The notes under the pieces were generated by a model. It was not told where the DNA came from. It made no database searches and was given only the letters and a program-made list of their open reading frames with translations. From Candidatus Omnitrophota bacterium (GTDB lineage: Bacteria > Omnitrophota > Gorgyraeia > Gygaellales > JAMWDD01): DNA of 64,000 bases. Shown piece after piece: positions 1 through 9,450 of the stretch (positions are counted from its first letter, which is position 1; every line of letters starts with the position of its first letter). Location of the stretch: NCBI GenBank assembly GCA_028717645.1, contig JAQUNK010000001.1, positions 68,794-132,793 on the forward strand, in the 5' to 3' direction. The position numbers and the translations under genes were made by a program.

Positions 1-1437
1 CGAAAATTGTCATTAGGCATTTTTAGCGACCATTATATCATGCGCCCGCTATATTTTATTTTTCTCAATATCTGGTCGCATTTATTCGGCATCAATGAAG
101 TGATCACAAGGTTGCCGTCAGCGATATTCGGGGTTTTAGCCGTGGTGGCAGTATATTTTCTTGCCAAAGAACTATTCGACCATAAGACCGCAAATATCGC
201 TTCTTTCCTCATGGCAATTTCTTATTACCAGATAGCATGGTCTCAAGAGGTAAGATATTATTCCTTATTTTTACTGATGTGCCTGCTTTCTAATCTATAT
301 TATTTCAGGCTCATAAAATTATCGGATGGAAAACATTGTTTTGCTTATCTTTTAACAACAATTATGGCGATTTTTACTTTGCCTATAGCTATCATTATGC
401 CCGTTATTCAACTGGGCCATTATTGTATATTTGCAAGGGGTGCCATTGGCAGGAAGATATGGCTAGTGAATATATTCATTGCTGCCGTAATTCTTATATT
501 GGCCGGCCTGGGGTCAGCGGTAAAGGGGAATATCCTGGAAGATATGCTACTTGCCCCTTCTTTTAAGCTTAGTATTCAGAATATCCTGAAATTGCTTAAT
601 ACCTTTAATAATGGAGGGGGCAACATTGCCCAGGGGGCATTGAGCAATTATATGGGGCAGAATGCCATATATTACCTATTTTTGAATATAATTTTTTATT
701 TCTTTTATCTTGGGGGCATATTTAAAGAAATAGGCGCAAAAAGTACCTTTAAAAATATATTGTTCCTGCTTGCCTGGCAGTGGATCCCTTTTCTAGGGCT
801 ATCTTTTCTTTATTTTTTTGGATTCCACCTGCTGGTAATGAGGTACTTCATATTTACCATGCCGGCGTATTATATAATTGTCGCCCGGGGCATAACTCAT
901 TTGAAATCGCGATTGCTGATAATTCCGCTTCTTATTTGTATCTTGCTTTTGAATATTCCTTCGCTTGCCGCTTACTATCATCCTAAAAATTATTATTCTT
1001 GGAGAGAAGTTTCCGGGAATGTGAAAGAAAAAGGCAGTAAAGACGATATAATAATTTTATCGCCCCTGCAAACACTTGCGCCATTTTGCCTTTATTATTT
1101 AAATGACCTGAAGGATTTCGGGTCGATAGGCAATGGTTATAATGGAAAGGGGATAAAAATCAATGGTAATTGGCAAGACAGGTTCTATGATAAGGGGATC
1201 ATTATCTGGGGGATAAATATGGGCCAGACCGCTAAATTTATCGCTGAATTTTCCTCCTGGAAACAAAAAAGCGCAGGGAGCGGGAATATCTGGATTATCC
1301 TTCAGGGAGACTGGGTCGGAAAGGATGAGTCCGGCCTTTTGAAAAATTATTTCGATTCCTATTCTTGCCTGGCTGAAGAAACCTTTTATCCTTTTGAGGG
1401 CATAAAAGTGTTCAGGTATAAGTTGAAACAGAGATGA
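1..1437 (+). CDS. GT39 / ArnT-PMT-like integral membrane glycosyltransferase. The 5' end is probably truncated by the window edge.
   Basis: 476-aa multi-TM ORF. The N-terminus aligns with an internal TM2-3 region of ArnT/PMT-family proteins, and the reading frame is open back to position 1. The ORF-track start is a TTG. Confidence 0.55.
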   Translation, partial: RKLSLGIFSDHYIMRPLYFIFLNIWSHLFGINEVITRLPSAIFGVLAVVAVYFLAKELFDHKTANIASFLMAISYYQIAWSQEVRYYSLFLLMCLLSNLYYFRLIKLSDGKHCFAYLLTTIMAIFTLPIAIIMPVIQLGHYCIFARGAIGRKIWLVNIFIAAVILILAGLGSAVKGNILEDMLLAPSFKLSIQNILKLLNTFNNGGGNIAQGALSNYMGQNAIYYLFLNIIFYFFYLGGIFKEIGAKSTFKNILFLLAWQWIPFLGLSFLYFFGFHLLVMRYFIFTMPAYYIIVARGITHLKSRLLIIPLLICILLLNIPSLAAYYHPKNYYSWREVSGNVKEKGSKDDIIILSPLQTLAPFCLYYLNDLKDFGSIGNGYNGKGIKINGNWQDRFYDKGIIIWGINMGQTAKFIAEFSSWKQKSAGSGNIWIILQGDWVGKDESGLLKNYFDSYSCLAEETFYPFEGIKVFRYKLKQR

Positions 1438-2201
1438 ATAATATAAAATTGATATCCATTATTATTCCCGTATTTAATGAAGAAGGCAACATCCGAGAAT
1501 CATATCTGAAACTGAAAGATGCCCTTGATCTCTTGGGCTATGATTCCGAAGTAATTTATATAAATGACGGCAGCACTGATAGCGGAGGCAGTATAATTAA
1601 AGAGATCTGCGGTAGCGATCGGTCCGTAAAGGCAATAACTTTTATGAAGAATTACGGCCAGGATGCTGCTTTGGCCGCGGGCTTTAGGCATGCCCGGGGC
1701 GACGTAATAATCGCCATGGATAGCGACCTCCAGGATGACCCTGGAGACATAAAATTATTTTTAGAGAAAATAAATGAAGGGTATGATTTAGTGTGCGGTT
1801 GGCGTAAATCGCGGCCCAGGCGGCACATCCTCAGAGAAATATTGGCTTTTGCAGGGAATAGGTCAGGGATGGCCGTCTTCGGATTGCCTTTTCATGATTT
1901 TAACGCAACTTTTAAGGCTTATAGAAGAACCGCCTTGGATAATTTTTATTTTTTTAAAGGATTCCATCGTTTTATCCCTGTATTGGCAACCATGAATAAC
2001 TTAAATATTAAAGAGATAGAAATAAGGAATAACCCCCGTTTTAGCGGGCATTCTAAATATGCATTTTTTGGCCTAAAGAGAGTATCTATAGTATTAAAAG
2101 ATGCAGTAGCGTTGATCTGTTCCAAACATATCTTTAAAAAGAAAATTGACCTGGTCCTTGCGGAAGTAAAATATGAAATTTCAGAAAAATATAATATATA
2201 A
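1434..2201 (+). CDS. GT2-family glycosyltransferase, similar to dolichol/polyprenol-phosphate mannose or glucose synthase.
   Basis: GT2 motifs IIPVFNEEGNI, YINDGSTD and DSDLQDDP, with a C-terminal TM segment. The start overlaps the previous stop by 4 nt. Confidence 0.8.
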   Translation: MNNIKLISIIIPVFNEEGNIRESYLKLKDALDLLGYDSEVIYINDGSTDSGGSIIKEICGSDRSVKAITFMKNYGQDAALAAGFRHARGDVIIAMDSDLQDDPGDIKLFLEKINEGYDLVCGWRKSRPRRHILREILAFAGNRSGMAVFGLPFHDFNATFKAYRRTALDNFYFFKGFHRFIPVLATMNNLNIKEIEIRNNPRFSGHSKYAFFGLKRVSIVLKDAVALICSKHIFKKKIDLVLAEVKYEISEKYNI

Positions 2202-2210
2202 ATCTTTTCT

Positions 2211-2885
2211 ATGAAAAGAGCGGATAATTTATATATAAAGGCAATAATCTTTGATATGGACGGTGTGATCACGAATACCATGCCGTATCATTTTGACGCC
2301 TGGAAAACCTCTTTGGCCAAGAGAGGGATAGAGGTGAATTGCTACGATGTGTATAAGCGCGAGGGCCAGCGCGGTAAAGAAACAATAAAAGAAATATGCA
2401 GGGAGCATCGTTCTGATTTGAGCAGGGCCGAGCAGGATAAGGTTCTTAGTGAGAAAGAAAGAATATTCAATGCTACTGTGAAAATAAAATTTATTAAAGG
2501 CTCAAGGCCGTTTTTAAGAAAATTAAAAAACAGGGGGTTCTTTCTTTCGATCGTTACCGGGACTTCCAGGAAAGAAGTAAAAAAGATATTGCCAAAGAAT
2601 ATTTACGACCTTTTTGACGTGATCATAACCGCGGATGAAGTATCTTATGGCAAGCCTCACCCTGAACCATTCCTGTTGGCCTTAAATAATCTGGGTATTG
2701 CAAAGAAGGATGCTGTAGTCATAGAAAACGCGCCTTTTGGCATCGAATCGGCAAAGAAGGCTGGCCTTTATTGTATCGCCATAGAAACATCCCTACCTGG
2801 GAAATTTCTTAAAGGCGCGGACAGGGTTTTTAGATCCATCGCGCAATTGCAAGAGAGGGTAAATTTCATTAATTCTAAGAGGTGA
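2211..2885 (+). CDS. HAD-superfamily hydrolase, similar to beta-phosphoglucomutase or phosphatase.
   Basis: HAD motif I (IIFDMDGVITNT), with SIVTGTS and K...ENAPFGIESAKKAG motifs. Confidence 0.75.
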   Translation: MKRADNLYIKAIIFDMDGVITNTMPYHFDAWKTSLAKRGIEVNCYDVYKREGQRGKETIKEICREHRSDLSRAEQDKVLSEKERIFNATVKIKFIKGSRPFLRKLKNRGFFLSIVTGTSRKEVKKILPKNIYDLFDVIITADEVSYGKPHPEPFLLALNNLGIAKKDAVVIENAPFGIESAKKAGLYCIAIETSLPGKFLKGADRVFRSIAQLQERVNFINSKR

Positions 2886-2888
2886 ATT

Positions 2889-3962
2889 ATGTCCAAAGTC
2901 TATTTTATTGCCGCTAAGGATAAAAATAATATTAAAGATAATTCCAGAAAACTTCTTTATTTGGTTGAACAAAGTAAATTATTGGACCTGATCAAGAAAG
3001 AAGACCTCGTAGCCCTAAAACTCCATTTCGGAGAAGATAAAAATACCGGCTATGTCAATCCGGAATACTTGGGATTGCTTGTAGGCGAAGTCAGAAAGAG
3101 AGGGGCCAAGCCATTCCTTACTGATACGAACACGCTTTATAAAGGAAGGCGTGCGAATGCCGTTGACCATTTAGAGATAGCCTTAGAGCATGGCTTTGTT
3201 CCGGATAAGGCCCGGGCGCCGATATTCATTGCCGATGGTTTTATGGGCGAAGATTACGAAGAAGTAGAGATCAGCCAAAAATTCTTTAAAACTGCTTTTG
3301 TCGCTAAAGGAATAAGGAGCGCGGATAGCATGGTAGTTGTTTCGCACTTTAAGGGGCACATCATGACCGGCTTCGGCGGCGCTTTAAAGAACTTGGGTAT
3401 GGGTTGTGCCGCAAGAGTGGGCAAATTAAAACAGCATGCCGATGTTTCTCCTTTTGTAGTAATAGAAAAATGTATTGCCTGCGAGAAATGCGTAGTGAGT
3501 TGCCCGGTATCGGCGATCAAGATGGCCGGCGGCAAGGCGAGCATCGATAATAAAAAGTGTATTGGCTGCGCAAACTGTATCGCGGTTTGTCCGGTAGCGG
3601 CTATAGAGGTGAACTACGCGCATGGCGCGGATACTATCCAGCAGAAAATGATAGAATATGCGAGTGCTGCTTTAAAGGGGAAAGAAAAGAGGTGCGTATT
3701 CATAAACTTTGCGATGAAGATAACCAAGGAATGCGACTGCCTGGCCAAGGATGATCCTTTGATCTGCGAGGATATCGGTATTTTTACGTCTTCCGACCCG
3801 GTGAGCCTGGATAAGGCCTGTGTAGATATAATAAATAAGGTGAACGGAAAGGATATTTTCCGCCAAGCGCATCCGGAAAGGGACTGGTCAATACAGTTGG
3901 CGCACGCTGCTAAGCTCGGCATCGGCTCACTTGATTACGAATTAATAGAATATAAGATTTAA
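2889..3962 (+). CDS. DUF362-domain iron-sulfur protein with 2x[4Fe-4S] ferredoxin domains.
   Basis: The N-terminal ~200 aa resemble the DUF362 family. It also carries CIACEKCVVSCP and CIGCANCIAVCP ferredoxin motifs. A strong SD (AGAGGTGA) precedes the ATG. Confidence 0.6.
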   Translation: MSKVYFIAAKDKNNIKDNSRKLLYLVEQSKLLDLIKKEDLVALKLHFGEDKNTGYVNPEYLGLLVGEVRKRGAKPFLTDTNTLYKGRRANAVDHLEIALEHGFVPDKARAPIFIADGFMGEDYEEVEISQKFFKTAFVAKGIRSADSMVVVSHFKGHIMTGFGGALKNLGMGCAARVGKLKQHADVSPFVVIEKCIACEKCVVSCPVSAIKMAGGKASIDNKKCIGCANCIAVCPVAAIEVNYAHGADTIQQKMIEYASAALKGKEKRCVFINFAMKITKECDCLAKDDPLICEDIGIFTSSDPVSLDKACVDIINKVNGKDIFRQAHPERDWSIQLAHAAKLGIGSLDYELIEYKI

Positions 3963-3973
3963 GTTATTTATCC

Positions 3974-4002
3974 TTGACAACTTTGGCTAAAAGTAGTATT
4001 TT
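3974..4002 (+). promoter_or_regulatory. Sigma70-like promoter (TTGACA-17 nt-TATTTT) upstream of the hydrogenase locus.
   Basis: TTGACA at 3974-3979 and TATTTT at 3997-4002 with a 17-nt spacer, in the 124-bp intergenic gap before the 4087 CDS. Confidence 0.45.
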
Positions 4003-4033
4003 ATTAACCTCCATATTTTTTTTGGGGTATATT

Positions 4034-4049
4034 TGTGATAATTTTCACA
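4034..4049. promoter_or_regulatory. CRP/FNR-family-type palindrome TGTGA-N6-TCACA.
   Basis: Perfect TGTGATAATTTTCACA, about 38 bp upstream of the 4087 start codon and downstream of the predicted -10. Confidence 0.45.
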
Positions 4050-4086
4050 AAGTAGTCCTCCGCAAAGGCTCTGGAAACCTGCTTTA

Positions 4087-5181
4087 ATGGAAACTTATTT
4101 CTTAAAGAACGAAGATATTTTACGCTTTTACGCATTAGTCGCCCGGGATTACGAGCTCTATGTCCCGGTAAAGGCGGAAACTAAGCTTAAGGTCGACTGC
4201 GACTACCAATTTAAGCTGCCTACAGTTGATTACCGCGTTGAATCCTACCCTAAAGTAGATAAAGAAAAAATAGTTTTCAGTGAATACCGCTCGTTTGAGC
4301 CGATACGTAGTTTCTTTACTCGCGCTAAAGAGAAAGTCGCTGATTATTTTGATCCTAGCGCGGATAATGGAACGGAAAGACCGCTGGCTATCTGCGGGGT
4401 CAAGAATTGCGACCTTTTTTCGCTTAAAATACAGGATTTTGTTTTCTTAGGCGGTGAAGAGCCGGATCCGATTTATAAAAAAAGGCGCGAGACCGCCCTG
4501 ATTATTTCCAGCGACTGCCCCAGCTTTAAAGAAGTCTGTTTTTGCCTGGCCTTTGATATCCCACCGCATGTAAGTGAAGGTTTCGATATCAATTTATCTC
4601 CTCTTGATGACGGATACCTCCTGGATTTTGCCTCGGAAAAGGCAAAGAAAGTAGCGGCTACGCTCAAGGATATTCTTGTTAAGGCCGAAAGCAGGCAGCT
4701 ACATCTACGTAATATCAGAAGAGATGCGGTGGTAAAGCGCCTCAAGGAGCATCTTTCCCATCATCAAATTCCCAAAAAAGAAGCTTTACAGGAGATCGTC
4801 GTTTCCGGCCTTGATTCGCCGGTCTGGAAAGAGCAAATGCAGACTTGCGTTGAATGCGGCGGCTGCGTTTTTATGTGCGATACCTGCCACTGTTTTCTTT
4901 TAAGTGATGAACCGATAGGTACGGGTAACCAGAGAGTAAGAAGTTGGGATGGCTGCCTTTATAAGAATTTTACCCGCGTCGCCGGAGGGGCAAACCCTTT
5001 AAAAATGCGTTATATGCGGCTACGCAACCGCTACCTTAAGAAATTCGATTTTTTCATCACAAACATCGGCTTCCAGGCCTGCTGTGGCTGCGGAAGATGT
5101 ATTGATGTTTGTCCGGGAAAAATCGACATCCGTTATATTCTAAGAAAATTATATGAAGAAAAACATCTATCAGCCCATTGA
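4087..5181 (+). CDS. 4Fe-4S cluster protein, similar to sulfhydrogenase beta (HydB) or anaerobic sulfite reductase AsrA.
   Basis: CVECGGCVFMCDTCHC and CCGCGRCIDVCPG cysteine clusters. Its 3' end is coupled to the flavoprotein gene that follows. Confidence 0.55.
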   Translation: METYFLKNEDILRFYALVARDYELYVPVKAETKLKVDCDYQFKLPTVDYRVESYPKVDKEKIVFSEYRSFEPIRSFFTRAKEKVADYFDPSADNGTERPLAICGVKNCDLFSLKIQDFVFLGGEEPDPIYKKRRETALIISSDCPSFKEVCFCLAFDIPPHVSEGFDINLSPLDDGYLLDFASEKAKKVAATLKDILVKAESRQLHLRNIRRDAVVKRLKEHLSHHQIPKKEALQEIVVSGLDSPVWKEQMQTCVECGGCVFMCDTCHCFLLSDEPIGTGNQRVRSWDGCLYKNFTRVAGGANPLKMRYMRLRNRYLKKFDFFITNIGFQACCGCGRCIDVCPGKIDIRYILRKLYEEKHLSAH

Positions 5182-5971
5182 GGCGGTTATTGAAGACGTC
5201 CGGCAGGAAACAGCCGCAATAAAGACTTTTGTCTTTAAGCCGAAATCTCCATTCTCATTCCGTACCGGGCAATTTATCGAGCTTACCGTTCCGGGCTTCG
5301 GAGAGGCGCCCTTTACGCCTTCGTCTGACCCTGCGATAGCGGAAAAATTAGAAGTGACCATTATGAAAGCGGGTAAGGTCACGGCAGTGTTGCATAATAT
5401 GAAGAAGGGCGATGTAGTCGGCATACGCGGGCCTTACGGCAAGGGATACCCCTTGGATAAATTTAAGGGTAAGGATATTCTTATAGTTGGTGGCGGCGTG
5501 GGGCTAGCTCCATTACGGTCATTCTTATACGCGCTTTTTGCCGATATAGATAAATATAATAAAATAATTTTACGCTATGGTTCGCGCACTTCCAATGATA
5601 TTGTCTATAAAGATATTATTCCCGAGTGGTCAAAAAAGAAAAAAGTAGATATCATGACTACCGTCGATATGGGAGATCCTGCCTGGAAGGGCAATGTGGG
5701 GCTGGTTACGACGATATTAAACGACTTGCCGTTGGACCTGAAAAAAGCAGTGGGGGTGGTTTGCGGCCCGCCGATCATGATGAAATTCGTGACGCTAAAA
5801 TTGCTTGAGCTGGGGTTTAAGCCGCAGGATATTTATTTATCCATGGAAAAGAACATGTCTTGCGGGCTGGGTAAATGCGGGCATTGCCGATTGGGTAAAT
5901 TTTATGTTTGTAAGGATGGCCCGGTGTTCGCTTACGAAGACATAAAAAATATGCACGATATCTGGGATTAA
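5153..5971 (+). CDS. FAD/NAD(P)-binding oxidoreductase with a C-terminal [2Fe-2S], similar to PyrK, HydG or AsrB.
   Basis: RTGQFIEL (flavin binding), GGGVGLAPLRS (NAD(P) binding) and a C-terminal CGLGKCGHCRLGKFYVCKDGPVF motif. Confidence 0.7.
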   Translation: MKKNIYQPIEAVIEDVRQETAAIKTFVFKPKSPFSFRTGQFIELTVPGFGEAPFTPSSDPAIAEKLEVTIMKAGKVTAVLHNMKKGDVVGIRGPYGKGYPLDKFKGKDILIVGGGVGLAPLRSFLYALFADIDKYNKIILRYGSRTSNDIVYKDIIPEWSKKKKVDIMTTVDMGDPAWKGNVGLVTTILNDLPLDLKKAVGVVCGPPIMMKFVTLKLLELGFKPQDIYLSMEKNMSCGLGKCGHCRLGKFYVCKDGPVFAYEDIKNMHDIWD

Positions 5972-5978
5972 TATAGAG

Positions 5979-6479
5979 ATGAAGAGATTATTTGTGGATC
6001 TTGAACTTTGCAGCAAATGCGATGAATGTTCGGTCTGTTGCGATTATTTTTATCATCCGCAGAATAACGGCATTGCGTCTTTACGCGAATACGCGACTTT
6101 TGCCACTATCTGCCGGCATTGCGAACAGGCGCCGTGCGTCAATGCCTGTTATCATGATGCATTAGAGCGTGCCAGCGATGGGCACATCAAACGCTATAAA
6201 ATGCGCTGTACCAGCTGTAAATCCTGCTCTGTGGCTTGCCCGTTCGGGATAATTTTTCAGGACTTTATTCCTTATCTGGACTCAAAATGCGATTTTTGTA
6301 TCGGCCGGTCAGATAAATTTCCGGCCTGTATCGCCAGTTGCCCCGAGCACGCTGTTGAAGTAAAAGACGTAGAAGAAAGCCTGGAACAAAATATTTATTT
6401 CGTGGGCGAACACTTGGCTGTGCATAGTTTGAAGTGGTCAAGGGAAGACCTGCAGCCGCCTAAACCGAAGAAGAAATGA
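5979..6479 (+). CDS. Polyferredoxin electron-transfer subunit with four [4Fe-4S] clusters, similar to HycB, HydN or CooF.
   Basis: Four Cys clusters (CSKCDECSVCC, CRHCEQAPCVNAC, CTSCKSCSVACPFG, CDFC...CIASCP), colinear with HycB. Confidence 0.7.
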   Translation: MKRLFVDLELCSKCDECSVCCDYFYHPQNNGIASLREYATFATICRHCEQAPCVNACYHDALERASDGHIKRYKMRCTSCKSCSVACPFGIIFQDFIPYLDSKCDFCIGRSDKFPACIASCPEHAVEVKDVEESLEQNIYFVGEHLAVHSLKWSREDLQPPKPKKK

Positions 6480-7387
6480 AATTATTGCTTAGTTATCTCA
6501 TATTCCCGGGGTTTTTATTCAGTGCATGCATAGGTTTATTCGCCGGTTGGGTGGACAGAAAGGTCACTGCGCGTATCCAATATCGCGTAGGCCCGCCGTG
6601 GTATCAGAATTTCATGGATATCGTAAAGTTATTGCATAAAGAGATCATTATACCTGAGGGCGCGAGGCTTACCTTTTTATTCGCGCCATTCTTAGGGCTC
6701 TTAAGCGTGGTCTTGATGTCTACCATATTGGGCAGGAGTTTAAATATCTACGCTTCGGGTTTTAGCGGTGACCTCATTGTGATCGTTTATTTGTTGGTTA
6801 TGCCGGCGATAGCCATGATCATTGGTGCATCTTCTTCCGAGAATCCACTGGCTTCTATCGGCGCATCGCGTGAGATCAAGGCGGTCCTGGCTTACGAATT
6901 ACCTTTTATCCTTTCGATTATCGCGATCATCGTAAAATCCGGAGGGAGCATCCGGATAGGAAGCATTCTGAACCACCAGGCCTTTGCCGGATCTAACATC
7001 GCTTCTTTTTCCGGGGCCCTGGCTTTTATCGTGGTTTTATTCTCGATACAGGCAAAGCTATGTTTTGTGCCTTTTGATGCTTCTGAGGCGGAGCAGGAAC
7101 TTATGGCCGGTACTTTGATCGAGTATTCGGGCTTGCCTTTGGCGATGTTTAAATTAACCAAGGCGATATTGCTTTATGCGTTGCCGGTATTTTTGATCGT
7201 TTTATTTATGGGCAAGGATATCAGCCCGATATTCCTGATTGGTAAATATATTTTGATCTTAGTGTCGATCATCCTGATCAAAAATACCAACCCGCGTTTG
7301 CGTATCGACCAGACATTAAGATTTTTCTGGGGGCCGATGGCTGTACTAGCGGTATTGGCATTGGGATTGACTTTATTCGGATTATAA
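6476..7387 (+). CDS. Membrane subunit of a group 4 hydrogenase, NuoH-like (also similar to HycD, EchB, MbhM).
   Basis: Eight predicted TM segments. The RIQYRVGPPWYQNF signature is shared with NuoH and HycD. Confidence 0.8.
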   Translation: MKLLLSYLIFPGFLFSACIGLFAGWVDRKVTARIQYRVGPPWYQNFMDIVKLLHKEIIIPEGARLTFLFAPFLGLLSVVLMSTILGRSLNIYASGFSGDLIVIVYLLVMPAIAMIIGASSSENPLASIGASREIKAVLAYELPFILSIIAIIVKSGGSIRIGSILNHQAFAGSNIASFSGALAFIVVLFSIQAKLCFVPFDASEAEQELMAGTLIEYSGLPLAMFKLTKAILLYALPVFLIVLFMGKDISPIFLIGKYILILVSIILIKNTNPRLRIDQTLRFFWGPMAVLAVLALGLTLFGL

Positions 7388-7388
7388 A

Positions 7389-7820
7389 ATGAGCCTGAAA
7401 ATAAAAGCTTTAACTAAATCTCTCTGGGTTTTCCATGCTGCTACTTCACCGTGCAATAACTGTGATATCGAAGTGTTGGATCTTTTTACTCCGCGCCATG
7501 ATATTGAAAGATTCGGGATGACCCTAGTGGGAAGCGTTAGGCATGCGGATGTGCTTGTGGTCACTGGTGTGCCTAATTATAAAACTAAAGAAAGGCTGAA
7601 GAAATTATACAGCCAGGTCTCCAAACCGTGTCTGGTGGTGGCCATAGGAAATTGCGCCTGCGGTAGGATTATGTTCAAGGAATCCTACAATAGCCCTTGC
7701 CCGGTGGATGAAGTGGTGCCGGTCGATGTCTATATCCCGGGCTGCCCGCCGAAGCCGGAGGCGATGATCGCGGGGATCGTAAAGCTGATTAATAAACTTA
7801 AAGCAAAAGAGAAGAAATAA
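7389..7820 (+). CDS. [NiFe]-hydrogenase small subunit, NuoB-like (also similar to EchC, MbhJ, HycG).
   Basis: CNNCDIEV, GNCACGR and PGCPPKPEA motifs typical of NuoB-like proximal-cluster subunits. Confidence 0.8.
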   Translation: MSLKIKALTKSLWVFHAATSPCNNCDIEVLDLFTPRHDIERFGMTLVGSVRHADVLVVTGVPNYKTKERLKKLYSQVSKPCLVVAIGNCACGRIMFKESYNSPCPVDEVVPVDVYIPGCPPKPEAMIAGIVKLINKLKAKEKK

Positions 7821-8263
7821 TGCTTGTCCTAGAAAGAGTAAAAGAAAAGTTAGCCAATAAGGCCTTTGATTGGTACGAACATACGCCAAGACGGGTTTAT
7901 TTTAAAATGGACCCCAAGGATATTAAGCATGTGGCGAATGCCTTGTTCAAGGACCTGGGTTTCAGGTTTATTATTGCCACTGGCTGCGATACGCCGGAAG
8001 GCATTGAGATCCTGTACCATTTTGGTTATGACAAGGCCGGCCTGATCGTTTCCGGACGGACGTTATTAAAAGATAAGAAAAAACCAGAAATAGATTCTAT
8101 CGCCCCGTTATTTGTTGGCGCTGAATGGATAGAGCGGGAGATGTGGGAACTTCTGGGGATAAATTTTATCGGGCATCCTAATTTAAAGCACCTGCTTTTG
8201 ATCGATGAATGGCCAAAGGGAGACTATCCTTTGCGCCACGACCTTAAAGAGGGGTCTAAATAA
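7820..8263 (+). CDS. NuoC-like 30-kDa subunit of the hydrogenase (also similar to EchD, MbhK).
   Basis: Overall similarity and length match the NuoC/HycE N-terminal domain. Its position between the small and large subunit genes agrees. Confidence 0.65.
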   Translation: MLVLERVKEKLANKAFDWYEHTPRRVYFKMDPKDIKHVANALFKDLGFRFIIATGCDTPEGIEILYHFGYDKAGLIVSGRTLLKDKKKPEIDSIAPLFVGAEWIEREMWELLGINFIGHPNLKHLLLIDEWPKGDYPLRHDLKEGSK

Positions 8264-9450
8264 TGTCAAAAAAAGTAATTATACCCATAGGGCCGTATCA
8301 CCCGCTGCAAGAAGAACCGGAATTTTTCCGGCTTTTTGTAGAGGGAGAGAAGGTCGTGGATATAGATATCGTCCTGGGTTATATGCACCGTGGCATCGAA
8401 GAGCTGGCTGAGCACAAACATTACGACCAGGTGGCCTTTTTGGTCGAGCGCATCTGCGGGATCTGTTCGAATTCGCATCCTTTTGCTTATGTCAATGCTG
8501 TAGAGAATATAGGTAAGATGGAGGTGCCGGAAAGGGCGCTCTACATCCGCACGATCATCGCGGAGTTGGAAAGATTGCATAGTCATTTATTATGGCTGGG
8601 CCTGGCCGGGCACTTTATCGGTTACAATACCGTCTGGATGTGGTCATGGCGTTATCGCGAGCCGGTGTTGGATTGTTTTGAAATGATCACCGGTAACCGC
8701 CAGCATTACGGAATGATGAAGATAGGCGGTGTCAGGCGTGATATCAAAGATGAAGATGTACCGGTGTTAAAAAAGACCCTTGATGAGTTGGTCCCGGCGT
8801 TAGATATGTTTAAGGGTGCGGTGATGGATGACCCGGTGATCCAGGCGCGGCTTAAGGGCGTGGGCGTGCTTACCAGGAAGCAGGCTATTGAATGGTGCGC
8901 GGTAGGGCCGACTGCCCGGGCGTCGGGAGTGGATATAGATATTCGTAGGGACGATCCTTATGGTGCGTATGATAAAGTAGATTGGAACGTGATCGTAGAA
9001 AAAGACGGCGATATATTTTCTAAAACAGTAGTGCGCATATTGGAGATGTATGAATCAGTAGGTATCATCCGTCAGTGCCTGGACAGGATGCCGAAGGGCG
9101 AGATCGATGCCAATGTCAAAGATATCCCTCCCGGGGAAGGTATCGGTAGAGTTGAGGCGCCGAGGGGCGAATGTTTCCATTATGTAAAAAGCGACGGGAC
9201 CAACCGGCCCCTGCGGCATAAGATCAGAGCGCCCAGTTATATGAATGTGGCAACTAACAAAGTGGCTGCAGTGGGCCAGACGATTTCCGATACGACGATC
9301 ACCCTGGCTGCGGTTGACCCTTGCTACTGCTGTACAGAGAGGGTGATGGTTGTAGACAAGAAGACCAACGGCAAGATCATGGATGGCTTGGACCTGGTAA
9401 GATTGTCCCAGGAAAAGACGGAAAAAATTAAAAAGGCGCTTAAGCAATGA
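8263..9450 (+). CDS. Group 4 [NiFe]-hydrogenase large subunit, NuoD-like (also similar to EchE, MbhL, HycE).
   Basis: N-terminal RICGICSNSH (L1 CxxC) and C-terminal DPCYCCTER (L2 DPCxxC) nickel-iron ligand motifs are both present. Confidence 0.85.
   Translation: MSKKVIIPIGPYHPLQEEPEFFRLFVEGEKVVDIDIVLGYMHRGIEELAEHKHYDQVAFLVERICGICSNSHPFAYVNAVENIGKMEVPERALYIRTIIAELERLHSHLLWLGLAGHFIGYNTVWMWSWRYREPVLDCFEMITGNRQHYGMMKIGGVRRDIKDEDVPVLKKTLDELVPALDMFKGAVMDDPVIQARLKGVGVLTRKQAIEWCAVGPTARASGVDIDIRRDDPYGAYDKVDWNVIVEKDGDIFSKTVVRILEMYESVGIIRQCLDRMPKGEIDANVKDIPPGEGIGRVEAPRGECFHYVKSDGTNRPLRHKIRAPSYMNVATNKVAAVGQTISDTTITLAAVDPCYCCTERVMVVDKKTNGKIMDGLDLVRLSQEKTEKIKKALKQ

Noticed and set aside
799-981. Minus-strand 60-aa ORF, and many similar minus-strand ORFs of 60-170 aa throughout (for example 19769-20263, 33032-33406, 47598-48062, 62048-62554).
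   Set aside because: All are fully nested in strong + strand genes with clear homology and have low-complexity or odd composition. They are antisense artefacts of long ORFs.
8205-8411. A 68-aa + strand ORF overlapping the NuoC/NuoD junction in another frame.
   Set aside because: It lies inside two well-supported hydrogenase genes, has no independent signals, and is Arg/Gly-rich as expected of a frame-shifted translation.
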